Shown: piece by piece, positions 19,480 through 28,309 of the stretch
How positions within the stretch are numbered: position 1 is the stretch's first letter
How the letters are laid out: every line of letters begins with the position of its first letter
IMG/VR virus record: IMGVR_UViG_3300021587_000025
Strand: one strand, 5' to 3'
DNA length: 49,594 nt
DNA from: a virus
Made by a program: the position numbers and the translations under genes
Notes under the pieces: generated by a model
Databases searched by the model: none
The model's input: the letters and a program-made list of their open reading frames with translations, nothing else
Told to the model about the DNA's origin: nothing

Positions 19480-20521
19480 AATGTAGTAAACTATCTTCGG
19501 GAGTAATCAGTCTGAGGGACGGATTGCTCCTCGCTACTCTCTCGCCGATATTCCATGCCCCTACCGTGTCAGCTGCCTCCGTATAACCACAGCTGACACA
19601 GCTGAACACTTCATCACGCCGACGATTCGCTCTACTCGTGAACCCACACTTAGGGCATTTGAGGGAGCTAAATGCAGGATTCACTTTATAAAGGCAGAAA
19701 CCTTCCACCTTTCCCATCTCTTCTAATTTATGAGCGAGATGAGCATAAGCCCAATTATTGTTTAGTCTCCTGAATCGTCTACTTCTTCCTCTCTTGCCTT
19801 TGAATGACAATTTCTCTACTGCAAAATCACAACCCGGATACGCTTCCACTATTTCCTTCGCTATCCTGTTCAGTCCTTGTTTATATGCCGATAATCCTTT
19901 ATACTTTCGCCATTTAGTTCTTATCCTCAAATCTCTCAGCTCGTCCCCGAATCTTTGCCCGTCTGATACTACCGCAGGATGATTCATTCCCACATCTATA
20001 CCAACCACCTTAGTATTATGTGATTTTTTCTCTGCGATCTCAAAGAAAAAAGTGGCATAGTAATCATTCCCCTTTCTTTTTATCTTAAAGGATTTTCTTA
20101 GTTTTCCTCTTTCTAATGCTTTATTAAACTCCCTATGCTTCTTACAAGGTAGTTTCAGCCTCTTTCCTTTTCTCAGACTAATAACATTTAGCCAGAGGTC
20201 GAATTCTTTTGTTTGCAAATCGGAGATAATATAAGCGGAACACTCGTTGAGGTCTATCTCATTACCGCTATAACAAGGTCTCTTTTTCTGCCCTATCTTT
20301 TTCGCACCCTTTACGATTTGCCATGCCTTTACCGCTGCATCTCTTATCAGCCGCCCGCCTCTTGTATATTCTTTTGGTGGATAACTCCCAAAGGAATTTT
20401 TAAATACCCAAAATAGCTTTATGAAATGATTAACTTTATCAGTCCAAAACGATATTAGCTGATTAAGCTCTTTCTTCTTGCCTGTATTTGGGTATATCTT
20501 TAGTTGATATGACTTTATCAT
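19454..20521 (-). CDS. tnpB: TnpB (IS200/IS605-family RNA-guided endonuclease, Cas12f-like), no tnpA in the window
   Basis: N-terminal 'KSYQLKIYP'; RuvC motifs VVGIDVG, FAVEKL and AADTVGAWNI; zinc ribbon CPKCG...FSCVSCG. Confidence 0.9.
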   Translation of the reverse strand: MIKSYQLKIYPNTGKKKELNQLISFWTDKVNHFIKLFWVFKNSFGSYPPKEYTRGGRLIRDAAVKAWQIVKGAKKIGQKKRPCYSGNEIDLNECSAYIISDLQTKEFDLWLNVISLRKGKRLKLPCKKHREFNKALERGKLRKSFKIKRKGNDYYATFFFEIAEKKSHNTKVVGIDVGMNHPAVVSDGQRFGDELRDLRIRTKWRKYKGLSAYKQGLNRIAKEIVEAYPGCDFAVEKLSFKGKRGRSRRFRRLNNNWAYAHLAHKLEEMGKVEGFCLYKVNPAFSSLKCPKCGFTSRANRRRDEVFSCVSCGYTEAADTVGAWNIGERVARSNPSLRLITPEDSLLHFVHKCRGD

Positions 20522-20522
20522 C

Positions 20523-21896
20523 TCACTCTCGCTCTATTGTTTCTATATTTATGCTAATATTGAATTTTTTAATATCAATAGTGAGATATTTAACAAGAGC
20601 CTTAGACCTCTTCACAGTTGTCAGGATAGGAGCAAATAACAGAGGAGCAGTAAGCGAATACTCATAAACCATTTGGATCAGAGGCACAAAAGCAGCTTCA
20701 GTTGAAATTGTTAGTATGCCTTTGGTTATACGTTCACTACTATACGTATCTTCAAGTGGCATCAAAACTAAATCTTCTAACATGCTTTCAAGTGTAACTT
20801 TAGAAGCTGTACTAAGAATCTGACTGAATCTGATATTAGAAGTAATGCTTGATATATGATTTAAGAATAATTTTAAAGGTACGTGCAAATCTCTAACAAA
20901 ACTACTTAATGTATTAACTGTTAAGTAATAATTAATGAAGGTATCAAATACTGAGATTAAATTTGGATATATACTAAGTGGAAGAAGAAACAGAAAAGAA
21001 GATTGAAAATCAATATGCGGTTTTAAACCCAAAGATAAATAAATATTGAGATAATCAGTAGGAACAATGATATGTAGCTTAAACAATAGAGACAAAGAAC
21101 TAAGTACATTTCTAACAGATGCGAATCGAAATTGGAATTGAAGCGGCATTAGAACCAATAAAGAAGTAGAGATGATTTCTTCCCATGCAGGATAAGCATA
21201 ATAATTTTCAGCATCAACTACCGGTTTTATTGAATCAATTATGCCTTTTTCATATTTATAAGACAAAAAAGGATGAAGATTATAAGGAGTTAGAAGAAAA
21301 AAGAGTAAGGAAGATTCAAATTCATTAGTGAAAGAAAAATCATATACTAAATCGAAACGAAGAAGAGATTCAAAGAATTTTAAACACTTGTAGTCTAATT
21401 TAATAGTTTTTGAAATTAATCCTTCATTTAGAAATTCATAGAATTCGTCACAATTAAGAATGAACTGTAGATAGATATGTTCAGGAGGCAACCATGATGG
21501 AAATGCATAATCGTTTTCGCTTCTAACAACTGGTTTAATAGTATCTGAAATAGTTTCACCATAAGTGTATTGAATAAAAGGATAGAGAAGAGGAGAAGAA
21601 ATTAATAAATCACTATCAATTAAATCAAGGATATTAGCATGAGCATCGAGAAAGTTTAACGTGTTAGGCGTAAAGTATTCATTAGTAATAGGGAAAGAAG
21701 GAGAAAAAGAAACTGGGATGGTGAGACAAATATCAGAAATTGGAACTGCAAATTGACCATAAATACGATTATTGGCACAAACGGTAGCTTTGAACGTATC
21801 AAAACGAGAAAGAACACTCTTTAACGATGGAGCTTCTTCATAAACTACCGGGGGTAGAAAATTATCCATTCCGATGACAGTCTTTTCTAAAGACAT
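20523..21896 (-). CDS. Hypothetical hydrophobic, F/L/S/Y-rich virion-associated protein with an internal duplication
   Basis: 457-aa ORF within the structural operon; 'YPFIQYTYGETISDTIKPVVRSENDYAFPSW' is repeated as 'HPFLSYKYEKGIIDSIKPVVDAENYYAYPAW'. Confidence 0.5.
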   Translation of the reverse strand: MSLEKTVIGMDNFLPPVVYEEAPSLKSVLSRFDTFKATVCANNRIYGQFAVPISDICLTIPVSFSPSFPITNEYFTPNTLNFLDAHANILDLIDSDLLISSPLLYPFIQYTYGETISDTIKPVVRSENDYAFPSWLPPEHIYLQFILNCDEFYEFLNEGLISKTIKLDYKCLKFFESLLRFDLVYDFSFTNEFESSLLFFLLTPYNLHPFLSYKYEKGIIDSIKPVVDAENYYAYPAWEEIISTSLLVLMPLQFQFRFASVRNVLSSLSLLFKLHIIVPTDYLNIYLSLGLKPHIDFQSSFLFLLPLSIYPNLISVFDTFINYYLTVNTLSSFVRDLHVPLKLFLNHISSITSNIRFSQILSTASKVTLESMLEDLVLMPLEDTYSSERITKGILTISTEAAFVPLIQMVYEYSLTAPLLFAPILTTVKRSKALVKYLTIDIKKFNISINIETIERE

Positions 21897-21903
21897 TTTT
21901 TAC

Positions 21904-22980
21904 TTAAACAACCACAACAGGTTCAGGGGAAGAAAATTTCCGAGCATTAATATATAAACCCATTTTGTCTATATAATAATTATAATGAAGTAGAATCTCG
22001 GTATCGGTTAATGCCCTATGATAAATACGAACTTCATCAATAATACCTTTAAACGGTGAATGAAAAGTAGAACCATAATGATTCGCTCCAATAAACCATG
22101 AATAAGTTTCTGGCTTCGACATTCCTGATTTCATACCTCTGTATTGCCCATCAACATAAATCTTATGGACAGTCCCATCTGTTACAAGAGTATAGAAATG
22201 CCAATTAGTATCAAGTGTGTAATTGTTTCCTTCATTACTCCAAGCATAAGCACCAACACCGATACCTAAATAACCATTATTATCGAATCCAAAATAATGT
22301 CTGTCTGTACCTGTACTTGGTGATTGTGTGCCTACAATAATACAATCCTTTTGATTTGCAACAGCACTCTTAGCCCAAGCCTCAATTGTAACTTTATCTG
22401 TAATATTTAAATCGGTATAATTCGGAAAGAAAATGTAATCATCCACACCATCGAATGATCCAGCACGATTAAATTTACCGTTTGCTACTGTATTTGCTCC
22501 ATTATAAGCGACACCATGATTACTCCCAACTGAATCTTTTACTTCTCCTGTTGCACCTGTCCACACCAATTCGTCCAGATGCCATAAAGCAACTACATCT
22601 TGGATATCAAATTGTTCAAATAAATTATAACCATCACTAAGAGAAGAAGCAGCAGGATTACCGTAAATTATCCATATTTTCTTACTTCTATTCGCTGGGA
22701 TATAAGGAATCTTACACCATATAACTGCTTCATCAGTACTCCATGACTCTATCCAGTAAGATAACCCTTTCCCTGTTTCATCTCTAAATCGTATATCGCT
22801 ACCATCTGATTTACATCTTTCGAAAGGAAAATTACTATTATTGAGAACTATTCTAACTTGATAGTCTCTTAAGTCTGTATTACTACCTATAATGCGAATC
22901 GGACGAATATAGCCAAATTTCTCAAACGGTGAATAAGGATTCCTAAGAGGCAGCATAGAAGGTAAGGAGTATTTCGTCAT
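21904..22980 (-). CDS. DUF2341 + LamG/concanavalin-like lectin protein
   Basis: DUF2341 motif 'DYQVRIVL...DGSDIRFRD...YWIESW...IWCKIP'; LamG motifs 'VALWHLDE...GSFDGVDDY...FKGIIDEVRIYHRALT'. Confidence 0.85.
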   Translation of the reverse strand: MTKYSLPSMLPLRNPYSPFEKFGYIRPIRIIGSNTDLRDYQVRIVLNNSNFPFERCKSDGSDIRFRDETGKGLSYWIESWSTDEAVIWCKIPYIPANRSKKIWIIYGNPAASSLSDGYNLFEQFDIQDVVALWHLDELVWTGATGEVKDSVGSNHGVAYNGANTVANGKFNRAGSFDGVDDYIFFPNYTDLNITDKVTIEAWAKSAVANQKDCIIVGTQSPSTGTDRHYFGFDNNGYLGIGVGAYAWSNEGNNYTLDTNWHFYTLVTDGTVHKIYVDGQYRGMKSGMSKPETYSWFIGANHYGSTFHSPFKGIIDEVRIYHRALTDTEILLHYNYYIDKMGLYINARKFSSPEPVVVV

Positions 22981-22986
22981 TTCTAA

Positions 22987-23973
22987 TTACACAATAACAG
23001 TAGGTTCAGGATATGCATATTTACGAACAATGAACGGTGGCAAGAACTCACCTCCCGCACAACCATCGGTCATAAGACCAATATCCCCTTTATCATAACT
23101 ATTATCAGTAACTAAAAATATTGTATTCCCATTTTCGAGTACTTCAATAGTATCACCATAACGTCTAATCTTAATTGTAACCGTGTCAGAAACTCCAGGT
23201 GCACTCGTATCATCTGCCAAACTACTTACACAATGAGCATCATTATTTTTGCCTATCCACCGAAATGTATCACGTGCACAAGTTGTCCCACTGGTATCAA
23301 TACCTGTATAATCATTTGTATACGAATAATGATAGAAATGAGACGTATCAGTATAACAAAACACCATACCTATAATATCATCATCTACTTCTTTAGTTTT
23401 AATAGTAATTTCAAAATTACTAATGGAAAGACCGGTCATTAAAGCACTCCCGAAAGTCTCACCACCGTTAGCTGTAAAAATATTGGATGCCTGTATCATT
23501 TTCTTATTAATAAAATCGAGGTCCCAATTAGACGGTGATTCACCAGTACCTTCATCTACGACTGTATAATCTGAAAGGAAATGAATACCAGAAAAATCAT
23601 CATAGAAATCAAAGGTGGCTAATGGATTACTTTTAGATTCAGCAGAGGGATTACCATACACCATCCATAGAAATGTAGAACTCTCTTCAGGTATATACGG
23701 AACTCTACACCATATTATGGCTTGATTGTCACTCCAAGATTCTATCCAATAAGAAACTATTTCACCAGAATCATCTCTGAATCGAATATCAGCGCCATCA
23801 GGTCTGCATTTCTCAAACGGAAAATTATCTTGAGTGAGTGTAATCTTGACTTGATAGTCCTTGAGAGCAGCACCAGAATTCTCTATCTTGATAGGTCTAA
23901 TGAAATTGAAACCCCTAAATAATGAATAGGGATTGGGCAAGGGTATCGGCTGAGGTAGAGAATATTTAGCCAT
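22987..23973 (-). CDS. DUF2341 + beta-sandwich lectin (thrombospondin C-terminal/3-keto-disaccharide hydrolase-like) protein
   Basis: DUF2341 N-terminus; C-terminal 'DDDIIGMVFCYTDTSHFY...TDNSYDKGDIGL'. Confidence 0.75.
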   Translation of the reverse strand: MAKYSLPQPIPLPNPYSLFRGFNFIRPIKIENSGAALKDYQVKITLTQDNFPFEKCRPDGADIRFRDDSGEIVSYWIESWSDNQAIIWCRVPYIPEESSTFLWMVYGNPSAESKSNPLATFDFYDDFSGIHFLSDYTVVDEGTGESPSNWDLDFINKKMIQASNIFTANGGETFGSALMTGLSISNFEITIKTKEVDDDIIGMVFCYTDTSHFYHYSYTNDYTGIDTSGTTCARDTFRWIGKNNDAHCVSSLADDTSAPGVSDTVTIKIRRYGDTIEVLENGNTIFLVTDNSYDKGDIGLMTDGCAGGEFLPPFIVRKYAYPEPTVIV

Positions 23974-24345
23974 TTACACAGTACCTTGAGTAGCGTACAC
24001 CTTCACATTACTTACAGCTTTATTATCTTGATTCAACACTGTAACTCGCATGTATTTCGGATCGGGACAGATAGGAACAGTAGCACGAGCAACAGAACCC
24101 GGTGCTAACTCATTATCGAAATATCCATAGGGCACAGTATCAACATCATTCCAATCACTCTGAGCTGTATATATCCTGAGCTGCACTGGATGCGAAGCAT
24201 TAGAAGCATACTGAGCCTCGACAGTTAATGCGAGCTGTATAGTAGAAGATAAATCAATAGTACTACAACTTGATAAACTTGATTCAGTACTTGCATTCAA
24301 ACTACTAAGAGACAATATTTGCCAAGTGGACTTATTTAATGCCAT
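23974..24345 (-). CDS. Hypothetical small beta-rich virion protein
   Basis: 123-aa ORF translationally coupled in the structural operon; 'PKYMRVTVLNQD...V.VYAT'. Confidence 0.5.
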   Translation of the reverse strand: MALNKSTWQILSLSSLNASTESSLSSCSTIDLSSTIQLALTVEAQYASNASHPVQLRIYTAQSDWNDVDTVPYGYFDNELAPGSVARATVPICPDPKYMRVTVLNQDNKAVSNVKVYATQGTV

Positions 24346-24383
24346 ACCTCTTCTTCTCCTCCTTTAATTTTTAAATTTTATAT

Positions 24384-24782
24384 CTAACCTTGTGTAACAG
24401 CAACCTGAGCAGTAATCTTAAGTGCATCATTCTCACCTAATATTTGTTTATCAAACACAGCACGGAGCAAACAATTTGAACTACCATTACTTGCATTTTG
24501 GGAGACTACCACTTCACTTAGTTCATTAGACGGTAAGTCATTATAGACCCATGAAGAATTCCATTGTGCAATAAATGAACCATTAGCATTTGTGAAGTAA
24601 CTCGCATTCCCATTCTTGAATGAAACCTCATCACCCTTCAATCCAGTATCAGATTCACTCGCAGCCTCAGTGTTGTTACCAACACCCATACCATTGTATG
24701 AATACGGTGAGTCAAGCCCAGTAAGCAACTTTGTAACATTGGTCTTACCACTATTCAATATCTTAGAACTGGTAATTGCCAT
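24384..24782 (-). CDS. Collar/whisker-base-like virion protein (tail-collar fibre N-terminal-like)
   Basis: 'ILNSGKTNVTKLLTG...GMGVGNNTEAASESDTGLKGDE' resembles the T-N-x-G...(I/M)-x-VG-x-G...T-x-L-x-x-E motif of phage collar proteins. Confidence 0.5.
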   Translation of the reverse strand: MAITSSKILNSGKTNVTKLLTGLDSPYSYNGMGVGNNTEAASESDTGLKGDEVSFKNGNASYFTNANGSFIAQWNSSWVYNDLPSNELSEVVVSQNASNGSSNCLLRAVFDKQILGENDALKITAQVAVTQG

Positions 24783-24783
24783 T

Positions 24784-24981
24784 TTAATCTACCTCCTTTC
24801 GTATTTCTCCTAATTTTCTTTTCAATTCAATATCATTATTAATCAAATTGAGTAGAGTACTAACAATCATTCGGGAATTATCATCAAGGAAACCAGTATC
24901 ACCAATAACCTTAGTACTACCATCAGCATTAACACGTTCAACAATAATACGATACTTAAAAGGTAAACTATCAATGAGCAT
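24784..24981 (-). CDS. Hypothetical protein
   Basis: 65-aa ORF tightly coupled to its neighbours; its 3' end contains the RBS (AGGAGGT) for the next gene. Confidence 0.5.
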   Translation of the reverse strand: MLIDSLPFKYRIIVERVNADGSTKVIGDTGFLDDNSRMIVSTLLNLINNDIELKRKLGEIRKEVD

Positions 24982-24982
24982 T

Positions 24983-26017
24983 TTAAACTATAACAACAGG
25001 TGCAGGAGTAACATATTTACGAACATTAAAGTAAGAACCCATTTTTTGCATGTAATTCTTGGAGAGGATTTGGATTTCAGTTGGGCTTAGGACTCGGTTG
25101 TAGATGCGGACTTCGTCTATTATACCGTTAAAACTATTTGAAGAAGGCGAAGAAATCCTATATATTGAGTCAATATCATGCTCGCCTGATTGTTGCAATA
25201 TGCTCTTAGTGTAAGCTCCATTTATGTAAAGTTTTGCTGTATATGTATTGGAAGGGTCGGTGTAAGTTATAACAATATGATACCATGTGTTTAATGAAGG
25301 TGTCCAAGGAAAAAAATCAATTGTACCCGTAAAATACAAATAATTATTGCTAATGTGTTGATAGAGATTGTTAAACAAATATATCGACTTCCCTATGTCT
25401 GATGCTAACTGAGAAAAATAGAACCACCCTTCTTGAGTTTTAGCAGTGGTTATATGGGAAGGAAGCTCTACATAATCATCATTTCCGCCAAAATATCCCG
25501 CTCGCCCATATTTAGCATCAGAAGTAGTGGTTGCACCACCATAAGCTGTACCATGATTCACTCCCGTTTCATCTTTTACCTCACCTGTTGCACCTGTCCA
25601 TTGAGGCTCATCCATATGCCAGAAACCTACTATACCTTGAACATCAAACAACTCAAAAACTGCATTACCATTACTCTCAGATTTCGCATTAGGATTACCA
25701 TAAATCATCCAGATGAATTTTGAGGACTCAGCCGGTATAAACGGTATCTTACACCATATCACTCCTTCTGCTGCATTCCAACGTTCTATCCAATACGGTA
25801 GAATCTCACCACTATCATCTCTGAACCTAATATCACTACCGTCTGGCTTACACTTCTCTAATGGGAAATTTGAACGGTCAAGGTGTATCCTAACCTGATA
25901 ATCATGGAGGTCTGTATCAGAACCTACTATCTTAATAGGACGCATGAAATTGAAATTACGGAACGGAGATGTAGGATTCATAATCGGTATAGGATGCGGT
26001 AAAGATAACTTAACCAT
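24983..26017 (-). CDS. DUF2341 + LamG/concanavalin-like lectin protein
   Basis: Close paralog of 21904..22980: 'VGFWHMDEPQWTGATGEVKD...FNGIIDEVRIYNRVLS'. Confidence 0.85.
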   Translation of the reverse strand: MVKLSLPHPIPIMNPTSPFRNFNFMRPIKIVGSDTDLHDYQVRIHLDRSNFPLEKCKPDGSDIRFRDDSGEILPYWIERWNAAEGVIWCKIPFIPAESSKFIWMIYGNPNAKSESNGNAVFELFDVQGIVGFWHMDEPQWTGATGEVKDETGVNHGTAYGGATTTSDAKYGRAGYFGGNDDYVELPSHITTAKTQEGWFYFSQLASDIGKSIYLFNNLYQHISNNYLYFTGTIDFFPWTPSLNTWYHIVITYTDPSNTYTAKLYINGAYTKSILQQSGEHDIDSIYRISSPSSNSFNGIIDEVRIYNRVLSPTEIQILSKNYMQKMGSYFNVRKYVTPAPVVIV

Positions 26018-26022
26018 TTTTC

Positions 26023-26523
26023 TTAACTATAAACTGCAATTCGTAAATATTCATCTACTCTATATCTTACCCACTTTTGGGCTCTTATATATGCTCGTTC
26101 TATAAAATTATTGCCTTTATGTCCTCTTACTCTATGATATAACTGTCCACAAATAGTACCTGCGGGCTGACGAGGATAACAAATCTTCAATGCTCTCTTT
26201 TTCACTGGATATATCCAACCACCGGGACGTACATCTTTCACTACGTATTTCAAATGTGGAAGCCTTCGAGTATCGAGTACTACTGCACCTCTGTACCTAC
26301 CATATCTCCTCACACAATTCGCTGGATTAACTAAATAATTATAAATCTTGTTCTCTGACCATTTATTACCTTTAGATTTACGTGGTGCTGTCCTCACTAA
26401 TTCCCGTCTAATGTCTTCTAATATCCTATTACGTGCATTCTGTAATTGTAACTGAATATCTCTCGATAATGTTGCTGGACTCTTACCTGCTAAATTATAA
26501 TCTAATACTATCTTGAAAGCCAT
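26023..26523 (-). CDS. Neck/tail-completion protein (HK97 gp10-like)
   Basis: Basic 166-aa protein 'LVRTAPRKS...IYPVKKRALK...VRGHKGNNFIERA', a typical gp10-like pattern. Confidence 0.65.
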   Translation of the reverse strand: MAFKIVLDYNLAGKSPATLSRDIQLQLQNARNRILEDIRRELVRTAPRKSKGNKWSENKIYNYLVNPANCVRRYGRYRGAVVLDTRRLPHLKYVVKDVRPGGWIYPVKKRALKICYPRQPAGTICGQLYHRVRGHKGNNFIERAYIRAQKWVRYRVDEYLRIAVYS

Positions 26524-26525
26524 AC

Positions 26526-26741
26526 CTAAAACTCAGCTAAATACGGGAAATATGAAATATTCAATACCTTACCTCTTCGATTAACTGGCTTGAAATCTTC
26601 TGGTCCTGGTCTATAACCATCAGGAAATGTAAGATTAGCCCACTTGTATTCCCATGCTGTTAGAGAGGATACATTCCTCATGCCCTTATTCCTCAATCTC
26701 TGATACTTCCTTGTAAAAATTTTATATACTTCACTGCTCAT
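26526..26741 (-). CDS. Hypothetical basic protein
   Basis: 71-aa ORF, first gene after the intergenic regulatory element. Confidence 0.5.
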   Translation of the reverse strand: MSSEVYKIFTRKYQRLRNKGMRNVSSLTAWEYKWANLTFPDGYRPGPEDFKPVNRRGKVLNISYFPYLAEF

Positions 26742-26752
26742 ATTTGCTTTCT

Positions 26753-26839
26753 AACAAAATAAAATTACTATCCTAATATATTTGTATACCTTATTGATTT
26801 TATTGCAATGAGCATTGAATATGAGCGTCTGGTGCAAAA
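26753..26839 (-). promoter_or_regulatory. ~88-bp degenerate intergenic element, copy 2 (upstream of the neck genes)
   Basis: Aligns along its length with 18316..18403 and includes the palindrome ATTGCAAT. Confidence 0.6.
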
Positions 26840-26857
26840 ATTTTGATAGGTTGTAAA

Positions 26858-26909
26858 CCCTCCCTTTGTACAACTATAAAAATAAAATTATTATGAATGA
26901 AAGGGAGGG
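26858..26909 (-). terminator. Inverted repeat downstream of the MCP gene (putative terminator or RNA-stabilising hairpin)
   Basis: CCCTCCCTTT (26858-26867) / AAAGGGAGGG (26900-26909), enclosing a T-rich tract on the minus strand, ~20 nt after the MCP stop. Confidence 0.5.
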
Positions 26910-26930
26910 CTATTATTATTAATTATGAAT

Positions 26931-27872
26931 CTACGATGACAAGTTAATAGCAGCCTGGAATATTCCTTTGACATCGAAACGCATAGCAACTTTAAGGTTC
27001 ATCAAATCGTTCCGTGGGTCATTAAACTTCTCCAGTGTGACGTCATTGTACATACCTATTGCGAGTACACGTGAAGAATCGAACACTGTACCCTTTATCG
27101 TACCACCCCATGAACCATTCGAGTCTGTAACCGTAAGCAAGTAGGGCTTCAGACCGAGTATCTTACCACCAAGTTCCTGAGTTCTAAATCTACCAGTCTC
27201 TCCTGAATATTCATAAGTGAAGTGTGGATCCATAAACAGGTCACGCTCTAAGATCGTTGTCATCAATAGCGAATCCGGATTGTAACCTGCATCTTTTAGC
27301 TTAAATACCGCCTGAGCTATCGAATCTATTGGCTTGGAAGTATTGTAACCAACACTCGAACCCGCCTGAGCTAAAAGTACATCCAGAGCCTTACGATTGA
27401 GTGTGTTCTCTGCTTTCTTACCTTCCTCTCTCAATCGCATCTCTACAATATCGAACATACTGTCCTTAATGAGTTCCTCTTCTATCATCGCTATCTCACC
27501 ATACTTCTTCGCATCAAACCTGACTTCTGTATAACTCTCATTCGCTGCTACTGGATAATCACTCGTAGGTGGTACAACTGGTAATACGTCATTTAGTCTC
27601 GTCTGGTGAACAATCACACGGTAAGATGGTGTAGGCAGATTCCATGTCATACCCTTGAACACATCTCGCATTACTCGAACGCTGTCAACACCTTCAATTA
27701 CTTTCTTCAGTACTTCTGTGCGTACAAGGAAACTGGCATTTACAGCCGAAGTCTCTATCAATTCATGATAACCCGCAGTAGCCTCATCTTTCTTGAGAGC
27801 AGTAAGCGCTTTAGAACGCTCCTCATCAGTTTTTGCATACACAACATCAAATAATTTACCTAAAGTACTCAT
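26931..27872 (-). CDS. Major capsid protein, HK97 fold
   Basis: 'KKYGEIAMIEEELIKDSMFDIVEMRLREEGKKAENTLNRKAL' backbone-helix region; A-domain 'PDSLLMT...LGGKILGLKP'; follows scaffold and decoration genes. Confidence 0.9.
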   Translation of the reverse strand: MSTLGKLFDVVYAKTDEERSKALTALKKDEATAGYHELIETSAVNASFLVRTEVLKKVIEGVDSVRVMRDVFKGMTWNLPTPSYRVIVHQTRLNDVLPVVPPTSDYPVAANESYTEVRFDAKKYGEIAMIEEELIKDSMFDIVEMRLREEGKKAENTLNRKALDVLLAQAGSSVGYNTSKPIDSIAQAVFKLKDAGYNPDSLLMTTILERDLFMDPHFTYEYSGETGRFRTQELGGKILGLKPYLLTVTDSNGSWGGTIKGTVFDSSRVLAIGMYNDVTLEKFNDPRNDLMNLKVAMRFDVKGIFQAAINLSS

Positions 27873-27876
27873 TTTA

Positions 27877-27883
27877 ACCTCCT
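27877..27883 (-). promoter_or_regulatory. Ribosome-binding site AGGAGGT for MCP (GGAGG/GGTGA sites recur before many genes)
   Basis: AGGAGGTTAAAATG at MCP; GAGGTGATTAGATG at 9896; GGGTGATAAATTTATG at 28873; GGAGGTAGATTAAAATG at 15781. Confidence 0.7.
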
Positions 27884-27890
27884 AATTTAT

Positions 27891-28289
27891 TTAACTTGAT
27901 ATGTTAGGCGCATCTATCAATTTCATTAGCACTACACCCGAAGACGCAGCTTTTACAGCATAACCTATAATCAGGTGATCATTCAAGCCGCTCTTGAGCT
28001 GAGAAACTTTACCTGCAGCATCAGGAACTATATACTTACCTGCAGCAATAGCACCAGATGCATTCGCATACACCTCAGTTGGTGCAGTCACAACACCAAG
28101 CCACTCATCTTTAGCCACTGAATCCATAGCTATACCAGCAAATGCATAGCCACTGCAACTTGCATTCGTAGTCTTCTTTACTGTTTCATCACCAGAAATA
28201 TAAAGTGCATCACCAGCCTCAATAGCTTCACCAGCCAGCCTCCTTCTTATTCGAGGATTAACATCATAAACTATATCCCTTAACACCAT
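27891..28289 (-). CDS. Capsid decoration/cement protein (DUF2190-like beta-tulip)
   Basis: 'AGEAIEAGDALYI...FAGIAMDS...ASGAIAAGKYIVPDAAGKV...IIGYAV', immediately before MCP. Confidence 0.75.
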   Translation of the reverse strand: MVLRDIVYDVNPRIRRRLAGEAIEAGDALYISGDETVKKTTNASCSGYAFAGIAMDSVAKDEWLGVVTAPTEVYANASGAIAAGKYIVPDAAGKVSQLKSGLNDHLIIGYAVKAASSGVVLMKLIDAPNISS

Positions 28290-28309
28290 TTTTATCTACT
28301 CCTCATTTT

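Noticed and set aside
20540-20585. IS left end/TAM (TTGAT plus weak hairpin) in the 3' end of the upstream gene
   Set aside because: Short, AT-rich and within an apparently normal coding end; not distinguishable from chance without an empty-site comparison.
23970-23976. Stop-codon readthrough fusions at in-frame TAA-ATG junctions (also 48073/48074)
   Set aside because: TAA is a strong stop and such junctions are common coupling here. No in-frame TAG/TGA interruption of conserved domains suggests Pyl/Sec or recoding.
21904-26017. Diversity-generating retroelement acting on the lectin genes
   Set aside because: No reverse transcriptase and no near-identical TR/VR pair differing at adenines; the similarities are ordinary paralogy.
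18249-26930. CRISPR array or mini-array associated with TnpB/Cas12f, given the ATTGCAAT-containing repeats
   Set aside because: Only two degenerate copies about 8.4 kb apart, with no regular repeat-spacer periodicity anywhere in the window.
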